Source of the DNA: Hemiscyllium ocellatum
Taxonomy: Eukaryota
Direction: 5' to 3'
NCBI RefSeq assembly: GCF_020745735.1
Contig: NC_083410.1
Location: forward strand, 90,433,800-90,497,799
Length of the DNA stretch: 64,000 nt
Part shown: positions 11,830 to 24,153 of the stretch, piece by piece
Position numbering within the stretch: position 1 is the first letter of the stretch
Layout of the letters: the number at the start of each line of letters is the position of its first letter
Translations under genes and position numbers: made by a program
Notes under the pieces: generated by a model
The model's input: the letters and a program-made list of their open reading frames with translations, nothing else
Database searches by the model: none
What the model was told of the DNA's origin: nothing

Positions 11830-12630
11830 CAAGAGGGAAAAACATCCTTAACCTCATCCTTACCAACAATAAATCAAAAAGAAATCAAATCGAGTCACAG
11901 ATACTGATCTTCAGCTAATTTGATTCACTCCATGTGATACCAAGAAACGGTGGGACAGATTGGGTAATGGATATGGGTCCTGACAATACTCCGGCCATCG
12001 TACTGAAGACTTGTGCTCCAGACCTTGCTGCTTCCCCACCCAAACTGTTCCAGTACAGTTACAACATTAGGAATACTGCAGCAGGCAACTCTCTGCCAAA
12101 GCCTGTCCACCATCTAGACGGAACATGTCAGGAATGTACGGAATATTCCCCATTTTCCTGGATTGGTGCAGCTTCAGCTACACTCGAGAAGCTCTACACC
12201 ATCCAGAATAAAGCAGCTGGCTTGATCGGCACCGCACCGAAAAGCATCCACTCCCTCCACAACCGATGCTCAGGTGCAGCAGTGTGTACGAGCTACAAGA
12301 TGTACTGCAGAGATTCACCAAAGATCCTCAGATAGCACCTTCCAAACACACTACCCTCTAGAAGGACAAGGGCAGCAGATACACAGAAACTAAACCACCT
12401 GCTAGTTCCCCTTCAAGCCAGACACCATTCTGATTGGAAATATATTCCTCATTGTTGCAATGTCAAAATCCTGGAATTCCCTTCCTTCAAACATTATGAG
12501 TCAACCTCAGAACATGGAACGAAGTGACTCAAAACGGCAGCTCACCCCACCTTCTCAAGGGTAACTCGAGACAGGCAATAAATTCTGGGCCCAGCCAGAG
12601 AGACACACACTCCAGGAGCGAATAAAGAAA
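11830..12630 (+). mobile_element. L2/CR1-group LINE fragment with internal deletions
   Basis: GPDNTPAIVLKTCAPDLA...LFQYSY and EYSPFSW...IQNKAAGLIG motifs with a 3' tail. A longer paralog lies at about 34500-36240. Confidence 0.7.
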
Positions 12631-13005
12631 CCTGCACAACCACGAAGAACTTTAAAAATGCGTCATTGTTATAATGCAGCAGTGAATCTGTGCACAGAGA
12701 GACCTCACATTCAACAATAAGGGAAACGATCAAACAATCTGCTGTCAGTGATTTTGGTTAGAGGATAAATATTTGCCAGAAGACCATGGATGACTTCACT
12801 GCTTGTCCTCAAAGGAGGGCTGTGGGAAATGTTAACCCAATGAGGAGCGTGGACTGGTGTTGTGTTACCAGCTCATCTGAAGTGGATTTCTGTCAGCCTC
12901 AGTCATGTGCTTGGTCACATGACCCTGTGATGCAGAGGTGACAATATCTCCACAGAGACAAGACTGTTACTTGGAGTTAGATCAGTCTATGAGGACAGAA
13001 ATGTC

Positions 13006-13964
13006 CTATTCAGTTGATTGATATGAATGTTTTGTAAATTTGTTATTAGACACTTTTAAAAAATTCACACGTTTCTTAATTGCATGAAATGGAGACATTA
13101 TTGCATTTCTCAACTTTTCTCTGAATTTAGACTGAGCCAAAGCATAAACACATGTGTTTGTACAGGTGCTCAGCAGCTGAAACATATCTGCAGTGTAGTC
13201 TGCGATCAATATGGGATCAGTATAATCATCTGGCTCATAAAACGGGTTTGTAAATCTGGAAATGAGGAAAAACACAGTATATGGCATCCACAGCACGATG
13301 AAAGTGCCAGAAATGGTGAACAGTAAAGTGATAGATTTCCTTCGGCTCCGCATCTCTGGATCGTCGCTGTTCTGGGTGTTGCGTTGACCTTGCAGTGCTC
13401 TGCGGTTTCGATTCACTATCACAATGTGTCGGACAGTCAGTGCATTGAACAGTAAAATGAGAACATATGGCAATAGTGGGTTTAAAATTGTATCAAGCCA
13501 GTCGAAGGTGATCCATCCTGGTAAGATAAAGTAGTCTGGTTTTGCATGAACGCCCCACTCCACATCGTGAATAATATTGATTGACTCAAAAGTAAAATAC
13601 AAGGGAATATTTTTAAGTGAGAACACAACACACACGGTCACTATCACCACAGCTGCAGTTTCCTCCCTGCAATACTTTGCTCTCAACCTCTGGCAACAAA
13701 TGAGGACAAAGCGATCGACAGTGAAAGCGACCGTGAGCCAAACAGAGCAGTCAACAGGTGTGTAGTTGATCACCTCATTGATGGTAGTTATTGAGGTGAA
13801 GTGTAGAAATGAAAATGGGAAATAGTAGTAAAGCATGTAGTAGATTATCACATTGGAAATAATGACCAGGAGATCAATTGTCGTCATACCCACCAAATAA
13901 AGAGAGATCCCTTTGGATAGACCACAGCCTCCACGACTTAGAAGGACAATTGTCAGGAGGTTAG
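13006..13964 (-). CDS. GPR139-like GPCR, gene B, exon 2 (intact)
   Basis: Acceptor ttttcattgtag|CT AAC CTC CTG gives ANLLTIVLLSRGGCGLSKGISLYLVGM, in frame with ORF 13006-13896. Motifs DCSVWLTVAFTVDRF, KNIPLYF, DPEMRSRRKS, VLWMP and STCTNTCVY are present. Confidence 0.93.
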
Positions 13965-14599
13965 CTACAATGAAAAGAGCAGAATCCCCAGGTTAATAAC
14001 ACAGCATTGATAAAGGATTATGACACAGAATCAGGTCATTAGTCCAATAAATCTACGTTGAGGTTCACACTGCACGTGTTTCCTCCCACCACCTTCATCT
14101 GACAATATCGAAATATTATTTCTTTCAGCCTCATGTAGTTACTGAGATTTCCCATCAGGCAAACTCACAAATGTGTAGAGATATTGCACAGATTGGAAGG
14201 AAGCAAATCTCTTTCTCAAACCAGAATCCCTTTACAGAGATGGATTGACTGGATGTACCCCTCCCACATTGTCTTATGCCAGTCTATAATTAAACAGAAG
14301 GGTGGGTCCGGGTGGGAGGGGCTGCCTCCTTTGAACATTGACAAATTTACATACGCTGAAGCTCATTGTGAGTTCAATCGACCACAATTGTATGGGATCC
14401 ATTCAACTCTCGAGGTTGGACAGGGAAAACAGAATGGGGAGAGGGCTTCCAGTGGTGTTGTCAGAAGCACTGAGATGGATAAAAATCCATCAAAATCTCT
14501 CCAAGTGCAGAGTTGGATGTAGTCAATGATTTTATTCATGAAGGTGGATATTCTAATTTATTTTGACAACTTTGTGTTGTTCATTCAGCGCACTAAAAA

Positions 14600-15835
14600 A
14601 TGTACCAGAGGAGAGAGAGGGCCCTGAGGGCTCAGATTGAGCTGTTAATTCTGAGACTCAGACAGGAGACCAGGGACAGCTGTCCCCATGGGGATTGTAA
14701 AAGTAGGAGGAGATCAAGACCAGAAGGTTCAAGAGGGCAGATAGCCAGGGGCAGGTGGGCTCAGTATAACAGGGACATAATGGATCTAGTCCTGTGTGAG
14801 AAAAAGATCGACAATAGCAGCAACCTGAAAGGGAAATGTACGATCAGTGCCTTGAGTTTACAAACAGAGGGCAAACTATCTGCAGTATCTGTAGTCCCGG
14901 TGTCTGCACACAGTGTGTCTCTCCAGGAAGTCAGTGATGTCTCTTGGTGACAAATCAGTTTCAATTGTGTCTCTGGGTATTCAGTGTCTGTAGCTTCAAA
15001 GATCACCGAGGCATTGAGCTCTCGTGCCTCCAGCACTTTGTAAGCATTAGACTGATCCCTTTACAGTGGGTTGTAAGCTCCTGTACAACACTGTCTCAAG
15101 ATGGGGACATTGGCAAGGGTTTGGTGTGATCACAATGACATCACCTCAAGCTATGACCAGTGACAGAACCATTGTGAATATGGCAAAGGCAGGTACTGAA
15201 AAGGATGCTGGGACACACACCATCAACAAATCCTGGTTAGTAAACCCTCGAGTCAACATCTATCCATAAAAACAGCCAAATGAACGATTGCAATAACTAC
15301 ACATCCATCCGCATGTGCATGTATTTAATGAAGGTTATCAGCAATACCATTTGTGTAAAGACATCATACATTATACCCCGTGTTCTCCCATATGGACTCA
15401 GTGTGATTTCTTACATTGTTCCTGCCTGCTGCACTGTAGCCTTCCCCATGTGCTGCCAGTGGTCCTGTAGGCAGGCAGCTGACTCTAATATCCCTTTGTC
15501 TGGAATGGCCTTGGGGGTGGTCCTCTGCTTGGCTGAGTCTGTCTGGACCCTGACATGGTGAGGCTCTCCTGCACAGTGTCAGGAACCTCCTTCATCACCA
15601 TGGCTCTCTGAAGCACTGGTGTCAGAGGCAGAGGGTAGAGGAGTAACTGTCCCCATCAGGAGTGCCCTGACAGGTATTTTCTGATGGTGACTGTTCCTCC
15701 ACATGTCACACTCTGAGGTTCACTTGGCCCTCTCTACTTTCCTGACTAAGTGTAAATTAGCCAAAAGGTGACTTCCGATGGGTCCATCCCCCATCTTTTG
15801 CACATTGAGTTCAGTGACAGCGCAATGGATCACAC
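14600..15835. mobile_element. PIF/Harbinger remnant in the intron of gene B (deleted version of 38720-41280)
   Basis: Colinear with the gene C intron element but lacks about 39255-40570. Confidence 0.55.
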
Positions 15836-16495
15836 TAACCATAATCCTTACACTCACCATAATCCTAACCCGATCCTAAACTGTAAACCTAACCCTAGCC
15901 TCCAAAGCAAAACTTAAACTAAACCCTAACACAATCTTGAAACACTCAAGTTCAGCCGAAGCCTATTTCTAACCCTAATCATAAAATTAAAACAAACGCT
16001 AACCATAGACCTATCCTTAAAGCTAAACCTTCCTCTAAACTAAACTAAAACCCGAACTAAAACCTTATCCTCGACCGAACTCAAAACCGAAATCCACCCT
16101 CAAATCCCACTGTAATGCTAACCCTCACCCTGGTCCTTATCTGCACATTAAATCAACCCAAGTCCTAACCACAACCCTCACCAAAACCTGAGCCCTCATC
16201 CTAAAACAAATCCCAAATTAAATCCGAACCTAATCTGAACACTTTCCTTTACCCGAATCCGAAACCTAATCGTGACCCGAACCCAACTCAAATACTGATC
16301 CAAATGCTGACCCGAACCCTCACCTGAATTCTAATCCTATCTCTGGTGTAAATCTAACCCAAATCCGAACCACAACCCTCACTATAACCGTAATGTCTAT
16401 AGCTAAAAGTAATCCTAACCATAACTGTAGACCTAATACTTACCCAACTCCGAGACCTAACTCTATCCTGTCTAATTTCCACCCTGACCCAATTG
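15836..16495. repeat. Highly degenerate telomere-like (CCCTAA)n tract in the intron of gene B
   Basis: Periodic aaccct/aaccct-a/aatcct hexamers; paralog at 41281-41860. Confidence 0.7.
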
Positions 16496-16974
16496 TTATT
16501 CAGAATGCATATTCCACAGCACCTGGCTGATCAGCCCCCACCAGAGTTTGGGAGTGTTTGTGTTTGAGATGCTCTTTCGGGTATGTGAGCATGTGGACCG
16601 GGCACTATCCCATCGACCTGCCTGATCCCACTCACCAACATCAAATCCAGGCCCATGTACCAGCAACAGACCCAGACACATGACAATAAAAAACCCAGTC
16701 GGAGAGAGCTTTGGGATCCAGAAATCTGAAAGTACCTGTTCCTCCCAGACAAGGACCATTTAGCACACGTCAGGTCACAGATTCCTCATGTCCTCATGGA
16801 ACTAAACTAAAATTCACAAATTACAGCATGAGCTGTTTCTTGTAGGAACACCTGAAACTGGATCCAGTATGTGGAGAGAAAGAGGGAGGGTTTATACACT
16901 GAGAGATATATCAGGGGAAAGAACAGAGTGAAAGTGGGATTGAAAAGATAACACAACCTGCTTCAGCTTCTTAC

Positions 16975-17044
16975 CAGGAACTCCGAAGATTGCGAGTAAA
17001 TGGTAGTAAGTGAAAGCTGTCTGTTCAATTGTTGATAATTCCAT
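16975..17044 (-). CDS. GPR139-like GPCR, gene B, exon 1 (MELSTIEQTAFTYYHLLAIFGVP+G)
   Basis: 70 nt from the ATG (gaaaATGG) to the donor CCT G|gtaag. Phase 1 matches the exon 2 acceptor. The spliced CDS is 1029 nt = 342 aa plus stop. Confidence 0.92.
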
Positions 17045-17107
17045 TTTCAGAGAGAGAGGACGATGTCAATTGTTGTTGACAGGTCTGAACCATCAGACAT
17101 TCATCCG

Positions 17108-17192
17108 TTATATAAAGCAACTAAACCTCCCCTGTGATTTTGTGCAGTTGCAGAGAGAGTGAAATTACTTTACGGTCTTTGAACAAACAGGT
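17108..17192 (-). promoter_or_regulatory. Gene B core promoter: TATA box (TATATAA, 17114-17108) and upstream element ACCTGTTTGTTCAA (17192-17179)
   Basis: The TATA box lies about 65-70 bp upstream of the ATG. The 14-mer is identical in the promoters of C and E. Confidence 0.65.
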
Positions 17193-17374
17193 ACAGTTAA
17201 TTTTAATAGATATTACACAATACAATCTTCACCTACACCAAAAGATTAAAGGAGAACAATTGGGCCAGGTCCATCTTAGGCTTCTTGCTTGCTCTTTAGT
17301 GCTCTCTACATGGATGCTCACACCATCCCTGCCTTGCCTTGCCTTTCTCACTTTGTCCCCTCAACCATTTAGTT

Positions 17375-19425
17375 ATAGAATCAAATAGCTGTACAGCATG
17401 GGAACAGACCCTTTGGTCCAACTTGTCCATTCCGACCAGATACCCTGAATTATTCTAATCTCATTTGTCAGCATTTGGCCCATGTCCCTCTGAACCCTTC
17501 CTGTTCATGTCCCCATCGAGATGCCTATTCAATGTTGTTATTGTACCAGACTCCAACATTTCATCTCACAGCTTGTTCCACACATTTATCACCCTTTGCA
17601 TGAAAATATTGCCTCCTTGGTGCCTTCTAAACATTTCCCCTGTCATCTCAAACATTCGCCCTCTAGTTTTGGACTCCATTTACCTTGGAAAACAACCTCG
17701 GCTGTTCACTCCATCCATGCTTCTCATGAGTTTGTAAAGTTCTAAAATGTCATTTTCATGAACTACAATAAGCTGTGGACCCAACACCGATCCTTGCAGC
17801 ACACTCTGGCCACAGGCCTCCAGTCCGGAATTTAATCCTCCTTCAGCACTCTCACTCCCAGCATTAAGCCAATTGTGTATCCAAATGGCTAGTTCTCCCC
17901 TTATTCAATGCGATCTAACCTTGCTAAACAGTGTTACACAGAGAACTTTGTTGAATGCCTTGCTGGAGTTCATATAGATGATGTCCACCATTCTGCTTTC
18001 ATCCATCCTCATCCTCATGTCTTCAAAAAACTCAATTAAGTCAGTGACAAATAATTTCCCACTGGCAAAGCTATTTACATATCCTGGATCAGTCCTTGCC
18101 TTTCTGAATACATCTAAATCCTGTTCCTCAGAATCCCCTCCAACAACCTTTCCACCACTGATGCCAGCCTCACTGGTCTATAGATCTCTAACTTGTCCTT
18201 ACCACCTTACTTAAATAGTGACACCATATTAACCAATCTCCAGTCTTCTGGTGCCTCACCTGTGGCAATCAATGAAACAAATATCTCAGCAAAGGGACCA
18301 GCAATCACTTCCCGAGCTTCCCACAGTACCCGAGGGAACACCTGACCAAGTCCCAGGGATTTATCCAGCTTTTGTATTTTAAGATGTCCAGCACTTCCTC
18401 CTCTGTGATATGGACATTTTTCAAGATGTCATTAATTATTTCCCCATATTCTATATCTTTTATATCCTGCTCCACAGGAAATAGTATTCCAAATACTCAT
18501 TGAATATATCCACCATCTCCTGCTGTTACATATGGAGGTGGCCTTGCTGATTTTGAAGGGACCCTATTCTCTCCCTAGTTCGTTTTTTGTCCATAGTGGG
18601 TTTGTAGATTCCCTTTGGATTCTGCTTAACCCTATTTGCCAAAGCGATCTCATGTCCCCTTTCTTCCCCCCAGTTTTCCCTCTTTAGTGTACTGCTGCAG
18701 AATTTTTAATCTTCTAGGGATGCATTCGATCTCAGCTGTCTATACCTGACATTAGCCTGCTTCTTTTTCTTGACCAGTACTTCACTTTCTCCCATCATTC
18801 AGCATTGCCTACAGCAATCAGCCTTATCCTTCACCCTAACAGGAACATATTATGTCTGGATTCTCGTTATCTCATTTTTGAAGATTTCCCATTTTCCAGC
18901 TGTTTCTTTACCTGCAAATATCTGCCCCAATCAGCTTTTGAAAGTTCTTGCCCCTTTGTGGGCGGCACGGTGGCACAGTGGTTAGCACTGCTGCCTCACA
19001 GCGCCTGAGACCCGGGTTCAGTTGCCGACTCAGGCGACTGACTGTGTGGAGTTTGCACGTTCTCCTCGTGTCTGCGTGGGTTTCCTCCGGGTGCTCCGGT
19101 TTCCTCCCACAGTCCAAAGATGTGCGGGTCAGGTGAATTGGCCATGCTAAATTGCCCGTAGTGTTAGTTAAGGGGTAAATGTAGGGGTATGGGTGGGTTG
19201 CGCTTCGGCAGGTCGGTGTGGACTTGTTGGGCCGAAGGGCCTGTTTCCACACTGTAAGTAATCTAATCTATCATCCAAATTGGCCTTCCTCCAATTTAGA
19301 TCTCTAACATTTTGACCGAGTCTATACTTTACTATTACTATTTTAAAACAAATAGAATTATGTCCACTGGCTCTTAAGTGCTGGCCAACTGACACCTCAG
19401 TCACTTGCCCCGCCTTATTTCCCAA
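17375..19425 (-). mobile_element. CR1 LINE fragments (3'UTR, RT and linker), degenerate, interrupted by a SINE
   Basis: Reverse complement matches CR1 ORF2 and 3' sequence seen at 21900-24150. Confidence 0.75.
18958..19272 (+). mobile_element. Full-length, young HE1-type tRNA-derived V-SINE
   Basis: A box (tggcacagtggttagc), B box-like (gggttcagttgcc), V-domain (tgtgtggagtttgcacgttctcc...ggtttcctccgggtgctccggtttcctccc) and CR1-like tail gggccgaagggcctgtttcc...(aatct)n. Confidence 0.9.
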
Positions 19426-19429
19426 GGAT

Positions 19430-22400
19430 TTTGGGTAATCCAAGATGGAGAAGGAAAACAATTGTAGCTGTCAGAGCTGCTCCATTTTGAGGTATTTTAG
19501 GCTTAGGAGGTGATTGCCTTGAATTCCAGGAGCAACAATTTCTGTTTTATATACTGTTGCATTATTTTGGAAAAAAAGATCTGAAAAACAACACTTTAAA
19601 ATGGAGTAAGACAGATAAAGGCAGTGACCACATGGTCAGAGAAAAAAAAACTGATACTGCTGTCTGATGCAGCAGTGAATCTGCAGTTATTGATTTTGCT
19701 GTTTGAGTTCAAGCATCTCTGGATATTGGAGTGCATCCAGGAAATATTAAAAAACAACTAAATTCATAGCTGACATTGTGGGAGAGCTCACTACACAGGA
19801 ACAGATAGATACATAGTTTTTGAGTGTAGCCTTGCTTTAAATCTACAATATTGAATAGAGTGGGTTCTTTTTTGAATATATGCTTTTTTTAGGTCTGTCT
19901 CTTGATTATTTTTTAAAAAAATGTAAGCCATAATTCTTAAGATAGCCTGGAGCATGGTTTTGTTTAGATCAAAAAGATGGTGCTATGTTCTGGATCCGTA
20001 GGTTATGAAGGAGTAAAGGTAGCCTTCAGTAGAGTGATGTGCTCTTCCTGTCGGATGTGGGAGATTAGGGAGAGTTTCCATGTTACTGGTGATTATGTCT
20101 GCAGCAAGTGTCTTTGGTGTGAATCTTGTCAGATTACATTGATCAGTTGGTGCGGCAGTTTGAGGCAAAAAGGAAATTACAGGAGCTGGGGGGTGTGATA
20201 GATGGCTGTTTTCGGAAGGGAGAAATTCACAGATGCAGACAATTAGATTGGTTAACTCCATAAAATATAGCCGGGGTAGGCATGTAGTACATGAGTCTCC
20301 TGTGGCTATCCCCATCTCAAGCAGGTATGCTGTTTTGGAAAATGTTGGGGTTGATGGACTCTCAGGGGAATGTAGCATGAACAGCTAAGTGTCTGGAACC
20401 GGGAATGGCTCAAATGCAAAGAGGAATAAGTCAAGTTCCAAACGATCGACTGCGATACGGGACTCTCTAGTCAGAGGTACAGACATGCATTTCTGCAGCC
20501 AGCAGCAAGAACAGTGCAGCTGGCACGGTTCTGCATCTGGCATGGTGGCTCAGTAGTTAGCACTGCTACCTCACAGTGCCAGGGACTCAGGTTCGATCCC
20601 TGCCTCGTGCACCTGTTTGTGTTGAGTTTGCACATTCTCCCCATGTCTGCGTGCATTTCCTCACGGTGGTCCAGTTTGCTCTCACAGTCCAAAGATGTGC
20701 AGGTTAGATGAATTGGTCACGCTAAATTGCCCATGGTATTCAGGGATATGCAGGTTAGGTGCATTAGTTAGGGCAAATATCGGGTAAATGTGTTAGATAG
20801 GGGGCTACGTTGGTCATTTTTCAGAGGGTCAGTGTGGGCTTGTTAGGCCGAAGGGCCTGTTTACACACATAAGGATTCTAATTCTCTAAAAAATGAGATT
20901 AGTGTGTTGCCTCGCTGATGCTAGGAACAAGGATATCCCAGAAAGGGTGTAGAATGTTCTCAGAGGGGGAGGGATCAACAAGAGGTCATTGTACGCATTG
21001 AACAAACGACATAGGGACAGAAAAGGATGAAAGTCTGAAGGGAGAATATCCTAAGTTATGTAGGAATTTAAAAAGGAGGTCCTTACGGGAATAATATCTG
21101 GATTACTCCTGGTGTTACAACCCAGTGAGGGTAGGAATAGGAGGATAGAGCAGGTGAATGCATGTCTGAGGAGCTAGTGAAGGGGAGAAGGATTCACATT
21201 TTGGATCATTGGAATCTCTTCTGGGGTCAAAGTGACCTGTATAAGAAGGATGGATTGCACCTGAATTGGAAGGGGACTAATATGCTGACAGGGAGACTTG
21301 CTGGAGCTGCTCAGGAGGATTTAAACTAGTAAGGTACAGGGATGGGACCCATGGAAATAGTGAGGAAAGAGATCAATCTGAGACTGGTACAGTTGAGAAA
21401 AGGAGCGAGTCAAACAGTCAGGGCAGGTAGGAGCAAAGCAGAGAACAAGATTGGACTGGTAGCTAAAACTGCATTTCTTTCAATGCAAGAGGCTGACGAG
21501 GGAAGGCAGATGAACTCTGAGCCTGGTTAGGAACATGGGACTGGGTTTTCATAGCAATTACAGAGGTGTGGCTCAGGGATGGACAGGACTGGCAGCTAAA
21601 TGTTCCAGGATACAAATGTTATGGGAAGGATAGAAAGGGGGGCAAGTGAGGATGTGGAGTAGCATTTTTGATAAAGAATAGCATTATGGCTGTACTTAGG
21701 GAGGATAGTCCTGGGAATACACCCAGGGAAGCTACTTGGGCTGGACTGAGAAATAAGAAAGGGATGATCACCCTATTAGGTATGTGTTATCGACCCTCTC
21801 AGTGGGAAATTGAGAAACAAATTTATAAGGAGATTTCAGTTTTCCATAAGAATAGTAGAGTGGTTATGGTAGGGAATTTTAACTTTCCAAACATAGACTG
21901 GGACTGCCATAGTGTTAAGGGTTTAGATGGAGAGGAATTTATTAAGTGTTTACAAGAATATTTTCTGTTCCAGTATGTGGTCATAATTCTATTAGCTTTA
22001 AAGTAGTGATAGAAAAGGATAGACAGGATCTAAAAGTTGAAATAATGCCAATTTTGACAGAATTGACCAAATTGATTTGGGCAGATGTTCGCAGGTAAAG
22101 GGGCAACTGGAAAATGGGAAGCCTTCAAAAATGAGATAACAAGAGTCCAGATACAGTATGTTCCTGTTAGGGTGAAAGGAAAGGCTGGGAGGTGTAAAGA
22201 ATGCTGGATGACTAGAGAAATTGAGGTTTTGGTTAATAAAAAGAAGGAAGCATATGTCAGATATAGAAGGGAGAGATTGAATTAATCCTTCGAAGAATAT
22301 AAAGGCAGTAGGAGTATATTTAAGAGGGAAATAAGTAGGGCAACAAGGGGACATGAGATAACTTTGGCAAAAAGGGTTAAGAAGAACCCAAAGAGTTTTT

Positions 22401-24153
22401 ATAAATATGTTCAGGACAAAAGAGCAAGTAAGGAGAGAATAGGGCCCCTCAAAGATCAGCAAGACAGCCTATGTGTGGAACCACAGGAAATGGGGAAGAT
22501 ACTAAAAGAGTATTTTGCATCAGTGTTCATGTGGAGAATGACATGGAAGATAGAGAATGTAGGGAAATAGATGGTGACATCTTGAAAAATGTCCATATTA
22601 CAGAGGATACGTGGGCTGAATGGGATTTATCCTCGGATTCTCTGAGAAGCTATGGAGGAGATTGCAGAGCCTTTGGCTTTGATCTTTGTGTTTTCATTGT
22701 CTACAGGAATAGTGCCAGAAGACTGGAGGATAGCAAATGTTGTCCCCTTCTTCAAGAAGGGGAGTAGAGACAACCCTGGTAATTATAGACCAGTGAGCCT
22801 TACTTCAGTTGTGGGTAAAGTGTTGGAAAGGATTAAAAGAGACAGGATTTATAATCATCTCAAGAGGACTAATTTGGTTAGGGATAGTCAGCATGGTTTT
22901 GTGAAGGGTAGGTCATGTCTCACAAACCTTATTGAGTACTTTGAGAAGGTATCCAAACAGGTGGATGAGGGCAAAGCCATTAAGGTGGTTTATATGGATT
23001 TTGGTAAGGCATTTAATAAGGTTCCCCATGGTAGGCTATTGTAGAAAATTCGGACACATGGGATTGAGGGTGAACTGCAGTTTGGATCAGAAATTGGCGA
23101 GCTGAAAGAAGACAGAGGGTGGAGCTTGATGGGAAATATTCATCCTGGAGTTCAGTTACTAGTGTGTACTGCAAGGATCTATTTTGGGGCCATTCATATT
23201 TGTCATTTTTATAAATGACCTGGATGAGTGCGTAGAAGGATGGGTTAGTAAATTTGCAGATGACACTAAAGTCGGCAGAGTTATAAATAGTGCTAAAGGA
23301 TGTTGTAGTTTACAGAGAGAGATAGATAAGCTGCAGAGCTGAGCTGAGAGGTGGCAAATGGAGTTTAATGCAGAAAAGTGTGAGGTGATTCACTTTGGAT
23401 GGAGTAACAGGAATACAGAGTACTGGGCTAATGGTAAGATCTAGTATGGATGAGCAGGGAGATCTGTGTCCATGTAAATAGATCCCTGCAAGTTGCCACC
23501 CAGGTTGGTGGGGTTGTTAAGAAGGTGTAGGTGTGTTAGCTTTTAGTGGTAGTGGGATTGAGTTTCGGAGCCGTGAGGTCACGTGACAGCTGTACAATAC
23601 TCTGGTGTAGCTGCAATTGGAGTATTGTGTCCAGTACTGGTCGCCGCATTATAGGAAAGAAATAGAAGCTTTGGAAAGGGTGCAGAGGAGATTTACCAGG
23701 ATGTTGCCTAGTGTGGAGGGAAGGTCTTATGAGGAAAGGCTGAGGGACTTGAGGCTGTTTTTCTTAGAAAGAATAAGGTTAAGAGGTGACTAAAAACAGA
23801 CATACAAGATGATCAGAGGATTAGACAGGGTGGGCAGTGAGACCCTTTTTCCTCAGATGGTGATGGCTAGCACAAGGGGATATAGCTTTAAACTGAGGGG
23901 TGATGGATAGATGACAGATGTCAGAGGTAGGTTCTTTACTCAGAGTAGTAAGGGCATGGAATGCCCTGTCTGCAACAGTAGTAGACTCACCAACTTTAAG
24001 GGCATTTCAATGGTCATTGGATAAATATACGGATGATAATGGAATAGTGTAGGTTAGACAGGCTTCAGATTGGTTCCACAGGTTGGCACAACATCGCGGG
24101 GCAAAGGGCTTGTACAGCACTGTATTGTTCTGGGTTCTCGGTTCCATGTTCTA
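19430..24153 (+). mobile_element. Near full-length degenerate CR1 LINE (5'UTR; ORF1 with zinc finger and SGNH esterase; ORF2 EN-RT; tail)
   Basis: CSSCRMWE...YVCSKC (ORF1), RDSLVRGTD (GDSL-like), EN motifs (ITEVWL, GNFNFP) and RT (NYRPVSLTS, SQHGF, DFGKAF, KFADDTK). Many stops, frameshifts and internal deletions; may be a composite of two CR1 subfamilies joined near 22610. Confidence 0.88.
20539..20888 (+). mobile_element. HE1-type SINE inserted in CR1 ORF1
   Basis: A and B boxes (tggctcagtagttagc, ggttcgatccc), V-domain and ggccgaagggcctgttt tail. Confidence 0.85.

Noticed and set aside
902-13896. Assigning the gene symbol GPR139 to genes A or B
   Set aside because: Multiple divergent paralogs are present and orthology cannot be established without phylogeny and synteny.
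18958-19035. tRNA gene
   Set aside because: The A/B-box head continues into a V-domain and LINE-like tail, so it is a SINE. The same applies at 20539 and 31682.
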